Assembly: GCA_030618465.1 (NCBI GenBank)
Contig: JAUXDD010000001.1
Location: 1 to 44,859 of the forward strand
Origin: Desulfobacteraceae bacterium
GTDB taxonomy: Bacteria; Desulfobacterota; Desulfobacteria; Desulfobacterales; SURF-7
Direction: 5' to 3'
Length of the DNA: 44,859 nucleotides
Part shown: positions 8,967 through 16,967 of the stretch, one piece after another
Layout: each line of letters starts with the position of its first letter
How positions within the stretch are numbered: position 1 is the first letter of the stretch
Made by a program: the position numbers and the translations under genes
Notes under the pieces: generated by a model
Database searches by the model: none
Told to the model about the DNA's origin: nothing
The model's input: the letters and a program-made list of their open reading frames with translations, nothing else

Positions 8967-9788
8967 TTACCATCGTGTAAAGTTTCCGTGGTGTCCCTGC
9001 AGAAGAAAATTAACTCCGAAAAATGTGAATAAGAGAACAATAAATCCAATAATGGCCATTATTGCGGCCCTTCGCCCACGCCATCCCACAGTAAGTCGTT
9101 TGTGAAGAAGGGCGGCATACACGAGCCAGGTGATGCCGGACCACACTTCTTTAGGGTCCCAACTCCAGAATTTTCCCCAAACCAATTTTGCATAAATACA
9201 ACCTATAATCAGACCGGTTGTCAAAAATGTAAAACCGGCAACGATGCATGCATATCCCGTATTATCAAGAAGATCCAGTGATGGGAGACGTTTGTAAAAA
9301 AATCCGTGTCGTTTTGTTTTTATGGTATATTCCTGAAGCAGGTACAGCAGGCCAACCCCAAAGGCCAGGGCCAAAGAGGCCTCTCCTATAAAAATAGTAA
9401 CCACATGAACAATAAGCAGCAGGCTTTCAAACAATTTGTCTGTACCGGAAGTAATGCCTGGAAATTGGATGGCAACTATCATAATACAAGCGGAAAAAGG
9501 GGCAGCAAATATTCCAAGAATCCGCAAGTCATATTTATATTTAAGAATAAGAAAAACCCCTGAAACCGACCAGCTTACTATTGACAAAGTTCCATGAAGA
9601 TTATGCACAGGCATTTGACCGGATTTAATATATCCGGAAATAATATAAGCGCTATGGAATATAAAGCCTGCCAGCAGAAGATAATACCCGATTTTATGGA
9701 AGTTGTTTTTTTGAACAAAAAAATAGGCAAAATATCCGGAAGCGCTTAAGGTATATAAGACAATGATAAAAATAATCACTGATTCCAT
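8967..9788 (-). CDS. ccsA: cytochrome c assembly protein (CcsA/HemX-like heme handling membrane protein)
   Basis: 273 aa and polytopic. It carries the Trp-rich motif 'WGKFWSWDPKEVW'. It sits immediately upstream of hemA, as in many bacteria. Confidence 0.8.
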   Translation of the reverse strand: MESVIIFIIVLYTLSASGYFAYFFVQKNNFHKIGYYLLLAGFIFHSAYIISGYIKSGQMPVHNLHGTLSIVSWSVSGVFLILKYKYDLRILGIFAAPFSACIMIVAIQFPGITSGTDKLFESLLLIVHVVTIFIGEASLALAFGVGLLYLLQEYTIKTKRHGFFYKRLPSLDLLDNTGYACIVAGFTFLTTGLIIGCIYAKLVWGKFWSWDPKEVWSGITWLVYAALLHKRLTVGWRGRRAAIMAIIGFIVLLFTFFGVNFLLQGHHGNFTRW

Positions 9789-9959
9789 AATGTTAATAAA
9801 AATCCTTTGTCATTATAATAATTATTAATGCACAATGTTGTATTCAGCATTTTTATACGAATTTGTACGATGAATTTCAATGATAAAGGGAACAATAATG
9901 AAATAAATTGAGGAAAATCTTATAAAATATAATATTGAGAAAATTGTCTTTAAAACTTG

Positions 9960-9988
9960 TTGACACAATCAATAAGGAAAAGTATTCT
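9960..9988 (+). promoter_or_regulatory. candidate sigma70-type promoter for the TetR gene
   Basis: TTGACA (9960..9965), a 17-nt spacer, then TATTCT (9983..9988), within the 360 bp divergent AT-rich region. Pattern match only. Confidence 0.3.
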
Positions 9989-10148
9989 GAAAATTTCTAA
10001 ATTTTCATCATTAAAATCCATGAGTAACAGTGTCCAATAAAAAGATTTGTTTATTCGGGTGAACTGTGTTAATAAGAGTTTAACATTAAATCCCCACATA
10101 ATATTACGTAATAAAATCAAGAGAAAAAATTTAGGAGGATCGTTTTTA

Positions 10149-10775
10149 ATGTCAGACACCGAAAAGTCAACATTTATGAAATTAAGGGAAGATGAGCGTG
10201 AAGTAAGAAAAGCCCTCATTATGGACGCAACCAAGACATTATATGAAAAAAAAGCCTTTCACGAGATTGGTATGCGGGATATCGCAAAAAAAGCCGGTGT
10301 TTCGGCTGCAACCATATACAGATATTTTCCGAGCCGGGATGATCTTTTTGTTGAAGCGCTTATTCAGGATATTAACAATATTGAAATGTTATTATCAAAA
10401 AGCATTGAAGAGAAAATGACAATTGAAGAGCTCACGATTGTTACAATCGACTATCTGCTGGACAATGAATCCATGTTTCAGATGATGTGCCATTTTATGG
10501 TAAAGGGGGGGATAAACACCCGGGTGTTGAATAAATTCAATGCGGTTCTTCTACATTTTAATGAGATGGTAAATAAAATATTAATAAAAATTCCTGGTGC
10601 AGGAGAAGATCCCTTTTTTATTCATGCCTTTTTTGCCTCTTTATCCGGGGTTGTGATGACGTTTAGAAATTTTCCAGGACTGACCCTTGAGGATAAAAGG
10701 AAATTGATGCACAAACTTGCATTGAGCATCATTAATCAAGGTGATAAATTATCTACTTTTAAAGGGAACGATTAA
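10149..10775 (+). CDS. TetR/AcrR family transcriptional regulator
   Basis: The HTH is 'MRDIAKKAGVSAATIYRYFPSRDDLF'. I place the start at ATG 10149, preceded by AGGAGGA at 10133..10139. The ORF-track start at 10047 adds 34 residues with no RBS. Confidence 0.85.
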   Translation: MSDTEKSTFMKLREDEREVRKALIMDATKTLYEKKAFHEIGMRDIAKKAGVSAATIYRYFPSRDDLFVEALIQDINNIEMLLSKSIEEKMTIEELTIVTIDYLLDNESMFQMMCHFMVKGGINTRVLNKFNAVLLHFNEMVNKILIKIPGAGEDPFFIHAFFASLSGVVMTFRNFPGLTLEDKRKLMHKLALSIINQGDKLSTFKGND

Positions 10776-10795
10776 ATTTTAGGAGAACACCTGGG

Positions 10796-10843
10796 ATGCC
10801 GGACAAATCCACGTTCATTCGAATGAGAGAAATCAGAATTTGA
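10796..10843 (+). pseudogene. 15-codon remnant resembling a TetR N-terminus (MPDKSTFIRMREIRI*)
   Basis: An AGGAGA RBS at 10781..10786 is followed by ATG 10796. The peptide 'DKSTFIRMRE' parallels 'EKSTFMKLRE' at the N-terminus of the adjacent TetR gene. Past the in-frame stop, the same frame reads 'PPATDVTCNSVKNPLTSMM', loosely TetR helix-1-like. Nucleotide identity to the intact gene is low. Confidence 0.3.
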
Positions 10844-10915
10844 CCACCTGCCACGGACGTAACTTGCAATTCCGTTAAAAACCCGTTAACAAGCATGATG
10901 TGAAATGGTGGCGAC

Positions 10916-11344
10916 TTAAACCGGCAGGTGTTTTGCTACCTGTTTGTTTATACAGAAATAAATTTCTTCATCAGAACCAAATATATCAACCACATCTTTA
11001 AGGTTTATGACCGTTTCAATAACAAAGGCTGTAACATAGAGACTCACAACGTTGGCCTGGGGGATAATTTGTCTAAAAGGGGCGATCTGGTAATCAATAT
11101 CAAAATCATCTTCATGGGTTAATTTTTCCAGACATTTGCCAAGCTGTTCTTCAAGACCGTTTTTGTTTGTGGTTTCAACAAGATTGTCTTCAACCAGTTT
11201 CATTGCAATAGCATTGCTCAGTGGCTCTACGCACTCTTTTAAACTGTTTATTGCCCGGATTCGTTTACGTTCTTTTGAGGATTCTATTTGGGATAATATC
11301 TTTGATTCACGGTTACTTGGCCGAAATACCTTTGCCATAAACAT
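10916..11344 (-). CDS. hypothetical protein (conserved-looking, acidic, downstream of recJ)
   Basis: 142-aa ORF on the same strand as recJ, starting 89 nt downstream of it. I cannot identify a motif with confidence. It may be a DUF507-like helical protein, but that is unverified. Confidence 0.55.
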   Translation of the reverse strand: MFMAKVFRPSNRESKILSQIESSKERKRIRAINSLKECVEPLSNAIAMKLVEDNLVETTNKNGLEEQLGKCLEKLTHEDDFDIDYQIAPFRQIIPQANVVSLYVTAFVIETVINLKDVVDIFGSDEEIYFCINKQVAKHLPV

Positions 11345-11433
11345 ACCCTTTCATCAACAAACTTATTTATTAATATCAACTAACTTATAACCGAACATAA
11401 TAATGAGAACGATATGTGATTGCAAGAAAATAA

Positions 11434-13137
11434 TCATATCTCTTTTATTATAATTTGTGGTTGTTTTTTTTTGTTCCAACGATTCCAGCCGATATGAAAT
11501 ACCATCTGGTCAAACCGTTTTTTTAATGGTTTATTCACGTCAATATTAAACTGAATAGCATTTATTATGCCGTCCCTGTGGCTTAAACTCATTTTTCTAT
11601 GGCTGGCACCCACGGGTGCAGACGATATTACATGTACATTTCTTGCAAGAAAAAGCGGCTCCTGGTTTTCTGTACCAAATGGTTGAATATATTCTATTTC
11701 GTCAATTAAACGAGGAGAAATGTCATCCAGGTCGAGTTCAACATCGATAAACAATTTGGGCGTAAAATCATCGGGTTTCATCTTTTTCAAAACAATGGCT
11801 TCGAAATTTTCTTTAAACCGGTCAATGTTTTTCGTTTTTATTTTAAGTCCTGCCGCCATTGTGTGGCCGCCGAAACTTTCAAGATCATCAGCACATGATA
11901 ACAATCCGTTAAACAAATCAAAACCCGGAATGCTTCTGGCAGAACCTTTTCCCATACCGTTGGATGTTGAAATTAGAATTGCAGGCCGGCAGTATGTTTC
12001 GGCCAGCCTGGCGGCAACGATGCCATTTACCCCTTCGTGCCAATTGTTATCTGCCAGCACGATTGATTTTTTTTTCAGCAAATGGGGGTGGCGCTGCAAA
12101 TCCAATGATATTTCGTTTAAAATTTTTTTTTCAATATTCTGACGGGTGATATTCATTTCATTTAAAGATTGTGCAATTTGCATTGCCGTGGCAGGATCTT
12201 TTGCAGTTAAAAGCGTTACTGCTTGTTTTGAGTGGCCAATCCTTCCGGCCGCGTTTAATCGTGGTGCCAGTCTGAAAGCAATATCACCAGAATCTATGTC
12301 GTGTGTACTGATTTTGCATATCTGAGCTAACGCTTTTATTCCCGGCCGTTTTCCGGAGCTGATAATTTCAAGTCCTGTTTTTGTCAGCGTTCTGTTAACA
12401 CCGGTGATCGGAACCGAGTCGGCTAACGTTCCAAGGGCGACAAGATCACACATGTTTTTCAAATTCGGCTCTTTTTGGTTTTTCCAGAAACAGATATCAC
12501 GCAGATGCTTTCGAAGGGCGATAAGCATATAAAATGCGACGCCCACACCAGCAAGGTTTTCAAGACCAGAACAACAGTCACTGCGTTTTGGATTGACTAC
12601 GGCAACGGCCGGGGGAAGACTGTCTGAAATGTTATGGTGATCAGTTATGACCACGTCAATTCCTGAATTTTGTGCTTTATTAACAGCATCATGACTACTG
12701 GAGCCACAGTCCGTTGTTATGATGAGATTAATATTTTCAGGGAGCGCATAATTTAATATATGCCCGACCTGGAGCGAGTAGCCTTCTTTTATTCTGTGAG
12801 GAATATAGAAGGAAACATTTGCATTCACATGGTTTAAAAATTCATAAAGGAGTGTTGTGGATGTTATTCCGTCAACATCATAATCGCCAAAAATTAATAT
12901 TTTTTCATGGTTTGTAATTGCCCTGGCAATTCTTTCCACAGCAACGTCCATGTCTTTTAAGGGGTTTTGCGGCAGTATTTCATTTAGTGATGGGTTAAAA
13001 AATGAGGTTAGCGCTTTTTCAGAAACAATATTTCGATTAATAAGTATCGTAGCTGTAACAGGTGTACAATTAATGGTGTTGCAGATATTTAAGACGGTTT
13101 GAGTATCAGGTGTTCTGATTTGAAAATGTTTTTTCAT
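11434..13137 (-). CDS. recJ: single-stranded-DNA-specific exonuclease RecJ
   Basis: 567 aa with DHH family motifs 'GDYDVDGITS', 'TDCGSS' and 'ITDHHN', and DHHA1 'GGHTMAAG'. Confidence 0.93.
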   Translation of the reverse strand: MKKHFQIRTPDTQTVLNICNTINCTPVTATILINRNIVSEKALTSFFNPSLNEILPQNPLKDMDVAVERIARAITNHEKILIFGDYDVDGITSTTLLYEFLNHVNANVSFYIPHRIKEGYSLQVGHILNYALPENINLIITTDCGSSSHDAVNKAQNSGIDVVITDHHNISDSLPPAVAVVNPKRSDCCSGLENLAGVGVAFYMLIALRKHLRDICFWKNQKEPNLKNMCDLVALGTLADSVPITGVNRTLTKTGLEIISSGKRPGIKALAQICKISTHDIDSGDIAFRLAPRLNAAGRIGHSKQAVTLLTAKDPATAMQIAQSLNEMNITRQNIEKKILNEISLDLQRHPHLLKKKSIVLADNNWHEGVNGIVAARLAETYCRPAILISTSNGMGKGSARSIPGFDLFNGLLSCADDLESFGGHTMAAGLKIKTKNIDRFKENFEAIVLKKMKPDDFTPKLFIDVELDLDDISPRLIDEIEYIQPFGTENQEPLFLARNVHVISSAPVGASHRKMSLSHRDGIINAIQFNIDVNKPLKKRFDQMVFHIGWNRWNKKKQPQIIIKEI

Positions 13138-13313
13138 GAGATTGCCCTATACCTTATTTGCAGGTTTCGAACAATACAAAAATGTATTTGTTTATGGAGA
13201 ATCACATGCTATCATCTTTTTTGTTGAAAATGAAAGGGTGATGATGATATTTTTATTATAAAATCGTTTCTATATCGCAAGTTTTAAAGAATAATGAAGA
13301 GAGTTGAAATTTT

Positions 13314-13580
13314 TTGGAAACCCTGAAAAAATTTTATCGTGTGGATCGAAAGGAAATCGCGTTTTTAAAATTTATTTTTGAAGCGTATGATGGAATTGCC
13401 ATTTTCAGCACAATTGATTCATCTGCCGGAATTGTTGTGTTTAAGATATCTCAGGGATGCGAAAAAGATGTGGAGATGATCCTGCAGGATTTAAAAAAAG
13501 ATATTTTAATTGAAGCGATATCCCGGGAAAAGATGCAGGCTTTGTATCCCCGGGAGAAATATGTAAATAATTATGAATAA
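13314..13580 (+). CDS. DUF4911 domain-containing protein
   Basis: 88 aa with a TTG start. 'YRVDRKEIAFLKFIFEAYDGIAIFSTID' matches my recollection of the DUF4911 family, which precedes miaB in Desulfobacterota. It overlaps the miaB start by 8 nt. Confidence 0.7.
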   Translation: METLKKFYRVDRKEIAFLKFIFEAYDGIAIFSTIDSSAGIVVFKISQGCEKDVEMILQDLKKDILIEAISREKMQALYPREKYVNNYE

Positions 13581-14952
13581 AAAACATCTTTATATAAAAA
13601 CTATTGGCTGCCAGATGAATGTTTATGATTCCGAGCAGATTGCATCCGGCCTCAGAACAATGGGATATCAACAGGATTCATCCATTAAAAAGGCAGATCT
13701 GGTTATTGTCAATACCTGTTCAATACGGGAAAAAGCAGAACAGAAAGCATTCAGTTTTTTAGGGCGTCTCGCTTCTCTAAAAATGAAAAAACCTGAGTTG
13801 ATAATTGGTGTCGGCGGATGTGTTGCCCAACAGGAGGGCAAGAGAATATTAAGCCGGGCGCCCTATATTGACATTGTTTTCGGCACCCACGCTGTTGGCC
13901 GCCTGCCACATCATATAAAAGAAATCAGAAAAAAACGGTCTCGTATTGTTGATATTGAAATGACTGCAACAATTGAAGAGAGTGAGGGGTTTCGTGATTT
14001 CAGCGGGAATAGGGGCGTATCAAGATTTGTGACGATCATGAGGGGATGTGACAACTATTGTTCATATTGCGTGGTTCCCTTTGTTCGCGGACGGGAAACC
14101 AGCCGGTCCCCGGAGAGCATTATAAATGAAATTAAAAGCTGCGTTGAATCAGGAACCAGGGAGATAACGCTGCTTGGCCAGAATGTAAACAGTTATGGTA
14201 TAAAAGAGAACCGCATCTCTTTTGCTGAGCTGCTGTCATGGATAAACGACATTGACGGGCTTTTCAGGATCCGGTTTATAACATCACACCCCAAGGATTT
14301 TTCCGAAGATCTGATGGTTGCATTCAAAGATGTTGATAAATTGTGCAACCATATCCATCTGCCGGTTCAATCCGGATCAAACCAAATATTGAAAAAAATG
14401 AATCGGAAATATACCCGGGAGTTGTACCTGGAAAAAATAAAAAAACTGCGCTGTTTTTGTCCTGATATAGCTGTCACATCTGATTTTATTGTGGGATTTC
14501 CAGGTGAAAGTGAAAGTAACTTTCAAGAGACGCTTGATTTAATTGAACTCGTTGCTTTTGACGGCCTTTTTGCTTTTGCTTACTCGGACAGGCCAAATAC
14601 TCCGTCAACCCGATTTTCAAATAAAGTTTCAGAAATGGAAAAAGCCGAAAGGCTCCAGAAACTTCTGAAACTTCAGGAGACAATTACCCGGAAAAAGAAC
14701 GCGGCACTTGTTGGCAAAACGGTAACTGTGCTGGTGGAAGGATTGAGTAAAAAACAGGATCAGATTGAAGTACCAAGCCGTTTTGATGACATTCAGTGGA
14801 CCGGCAGGACGCCAACCGGCAAGATTGTTAATTTTATTCAAAACGGTTCCCGTGGCTTACTAAATGACATCATTGATGTTGGTAAACTGGTAGACGTTTC
14901 AATTGATAAGGCATACTCTCATTCTCTGGCGGGAAGGTCTGTAAAAATATAG
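13573..14952 (+). CDS. miaB: tRNA (N6-isopentenyl adenosine(37)-C2)-methylthiotransferase
   Basis: 459 aa with N-terminal UPF0004 cysteines ('GCQMN...NTCSIRE...GGC'), the radical SAM cluster 'CDNYCSYC' and a C-terminal TRAM domain. Confidence 0.95.
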   Translation: MNKKHLYIKTIGCQMNVYDSEQIASGLRTMGYQQDSSIKKADLVIVNTCSIREKAEQKAFSFLGRLASLKMKKPELIIGVGGCVAQQEGKRILSRAPYIDIVFGTHAVGRLPHHIKEIRKKRSRIVDIEMTATIEESEGFRDFSGNRGVSRFVTIMRGCDNYCSYCVVPFVRGRETSRSPESIINEIKSCVESGTREITLLGQNVNSYGIKENRISFAELLSWINDIDGLFRIRFITSHPKDFSEDLMVAFKDVDKLCNHIHLPVQSGSNQILKKMNRKYTRELYLEKIKKLRCFCPDIAVTSDFIVGFPGESESNFQETLDLIELVAFDGLFAFAYSDRPNTPSTRFSNKVSEMEKAERLQKLLKLQETITRKKNAALVGKTVTVLVEGLSKKQDQIEVPSRFDDIQWTGRTPTGKIVNFIQNGSRGLLNDIIDVGKLVDVSIDKAYSHSLAGRSVKI

Positions 14953-14986
14953 GCTTCAACTAATATATTAAAAGGAGAAAAAAATT

Positions 14987-15484
14987 ATGCTGCATGAAGT
15001 AAACATCGCAGGCTTAACACTTGATCCATCATCAAACACTCCGATTCTAATATTAAAATTGGTTGAAAATGATCAGTCCATACCCATATGGATAGGGTTG
15101 CTGGAAGCAACCTCTATAGCGTCGGTTCTACAGAATATTGATTTCGGGCGGCCTATGACCCATGATCTTTTTAAAACATTTATTGGTCAGGTGGATATTG
15201 ATGTGGCAAAAGTTGAGGTGTGTGATTTGAAGGACAACACGTTTTTTGCAAAAATATACTTTATTTCAGAGAAAAAAAGCTTCAGCATGGATGCGCGCCC
15301 AAGTGATGCTATCGCAATGGCCATTCGCTTTCAGGCCCCAATTTTTGTTGATGATAAAGTGATAGAAAAGTTTAAGACAGATAGTGGTGAATATGAAATT
15401 CAGGACAAAAGTGAAGAAGGGAAAAAATGGGCGGAATATCTTGAAAAACTTTCACCCGATGATTTTGGAAAGTACAAAGTTTAA
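14987..15484 (+). CDS. bifunctional nuclease family protein (DUF151/BFN)
   Basis: 165 aa. 'PILILKLVENDQSIPIWIG..EA.SIA' and 'RPMTHDL' are typical of the BFN domain. An RBS 'AGGAGA' precedes the ATG. Confidence 0.8.
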   Translation: MLHEVNIAGLTLDPSSNTPILILKLVENDQSIPIWIGLLEATSIASVLQNIDFGRPMTHDLFKTFIGQVDIDVAKVEVCDLKDNTFFAKIYFISEKKSFSMDARPSDAIAMAIRFQAPIFVDDKVIEKFKTDSGEYEIQDKSEEGKKWAEYLEKLSPDDFGKYKV

Positions 15485-15546
15485 AACCCGGCAGATATGT
15501 TATATCCCGCAAATTTTGGCACTATTTACGTTTGAGGATTTTTATT

Positions 15547-16182
15547 ATGATTGACCTTCACACCCATTCAATTTTCAGTGATGGCGTTTTAATTCCTTCT
15601 GAGCTGGTAAGGCGGGCCGAAAGTATTGGAGTAAAAGCAATTGGCATTACGGATCATGGGGATTCATCTAATGTGGATTTTATTATTCCAAGAATCGTAA
15701 CCGTAGCAGCAGAATTAAACCGCGTGCTGAACATTAACGTTATTCCCGGAATTGAGATAACCCATGTTCCCCCTTCTCAAATTGGTAATATTGCTTCAAG
15801 TGCCAGGTCTCTAGGGGCAAAACTCATTGTTGTTCATGGTGAAACATTAGTGGAGCCCGTTGCTCCCGGTACAAACAGGGCTGCCCTTGAAGCAGACATT
15901 GATATACTCGCCCATCCTGGTATTCTGTCAGAGGAAGAGGTGATCCTTGCCCGGGAAAAAGGGATTCTGCTGGAAATATCAGCCCGTAAGGGGCATTCGC
16001 TTTCAAACGGCCATGTTGCAATGCTGGCAAAAAAATACGGCGCAAAAATGGTAATTAACACGGATACGCATGCGCCCTCTGATTTGATTGACAGAGAGAC
16101 TGCTATGCGGGTGGTATGTGGTGCGGGACTGACGGGTGACGATTTTGAAGCCATGCAGAAAAATGCATCGGCTTTATTATAA
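15547..16182 (+). CDS. PHP-domain (histidinol-phosphatase-like) metal-dependent phosphoesterase
   Basis: Motifs 'MIDLHTHSIFSDG' and 'ITDHGD' are present. I place the start at ATG 15547, with GAGGA at 15534..15538. The ORF-track TTG at 15532 overlaps that RBS. Confidence 0.8.
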   Translation: MIDLHTHSIFSDGVLIPSELVRRAESIGVKAIGITDHGDSSNVDFIIPRIVTVAAELNRVLNINVIPGIEITHVPPSQIGNIASSARSLGAKLIVVHGETLVEPVAPGTNRAALEADIDILAHPGILSEEEVILAREKGILLEISARKGHSLSNGHVAMLAKKYGAKMVINTDTHAPSDLIDRETAMRVVCGAGLTGDDFEAMQKNASALL

Positions 16183-16245
16183 CCGTACGCGGTTTTTACC
16201 TGCAGGTGGCTTGCCGCGGGATCATTACACGGTATCAAGGGTGTT

Positions 16246-16923
16246 TTAGAAATAATACCTGAAACCGAGTCCTACCACCAGCGAATTTAAGCCAACGTCT
16301 GTAATCTCTGAGTCATAGATAGTGTCTGAATGAGGTTTCAAAGAAAACTCTGCTTTATTGAACAGACTTTTTATATCCAGAAGAACAGAACAGCTTTCTG
16401 TTACAAGAAATTCAACACCGATATTAAAGTGCATACCGAAGTTGTCATCCACATCTGTTTCATAATTCAAAGGGAAAAACTCATTAATTCCATCCTGTTT
16501 GATATAATCAAAATCATTAAAAAAATAGCCGACGCCCACCCCTAAATAAAAACGGCTATTTGTATCTTCGTTTGCGATAATCGATTTAATTGGAAAATTC
16601 ATACATACCGTCATCAGGATCGGAATTCGGCGAAGTTCACCCAGGGCGCCTGTATTAGAATCAAATGCCAAATACACATCCGTTTGGGTATAATTGCCGC
16701 TGAGTTCCATGGAGAACAGTTTATTAATAAAATATGAGACACTGATACCAGTAAAAACAGAATCATCAAATTTACCTTTTGCATCCCCGATATCGGCAGA
16801 ACCTGTGTGATTGCTGGAAATAGTAGTGCTAAGTGCAAATTTTTTTTCCTCCTGGGCAAACCCCGGGGTACAGTATAAAAACAGAAGGTTAATGATACAT
16901 ATACTTACAAGGTGTTTTTTCAT
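16246..16923 (-). CDS. outer-membrane beta-barrel protein (OmpW-like)
   Basis: 225 aa with a signal peptide ending 'PGFA|QEE' and alternating amphipathic beta-strand patterns. The C-terminus 'GLGFRYYF' ends in an aromatic residue. It starts 44 nt downstream of the GDSL-like gene on the same strand. Confidence 0.7.
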   Translation of the reverse strand: MKKHLVSICIINLLFLYCTPGFAQEEKKFALSTTISSNHTGSADIGDAKGKFDDSVFTGISVSYFINKLFSMELSGNYTQTDVYLAFDSNTGALGELRRIPILMTVCMNFPIKSIIANEDTNSRFYLGVGVGYFFNDFDYIKQDGINEFFPLNYETDVDDNFGMHFNIGVEFLVTESCSVLLDIKSLFNKAEFSLKPHSDTIYDSEITDVGLNSLVVGLGFRYYF

Positions 16924-16967
16924 ATTTTCCTCACCGGATCAATTTTTCTCACCACTTGTTTCAGTTT

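Noticed and set aside
10067-10085. Inverted repeat TGTTAA-N7-TTAACA between the candidate promoter and the TetR start, as a possible TetR operator.
   Set aside because: Six-bp AT-rich arms are expected by chance in this 360-bp AT-rich region. There is no second copy and no support without footprinting or comparative data.
9950-10234. A 94-aa minus-strand ORF spanning the ccsA/TetR divergent region. The ORF-track TetR start at 10047 falls in the same region.
   Set aside because: It lies in AT-rich promoter DNA, overlaps the RBS and start of the TetR gene, and has no motif or RBS. The TetR start with the AGGAGGA RBS is at 10149.
16181-16197. AACCG-TACG-CGGTT hairpin followed by T-rich sequence after the PHP gene, as a possible intrinsic terminator at the convergent junction.
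   Set aside because: The stem is only 5 bp, two of them A-T, and it overlaps the stop codon. That is too weak to call without folding-energy calculation or Term-seq.
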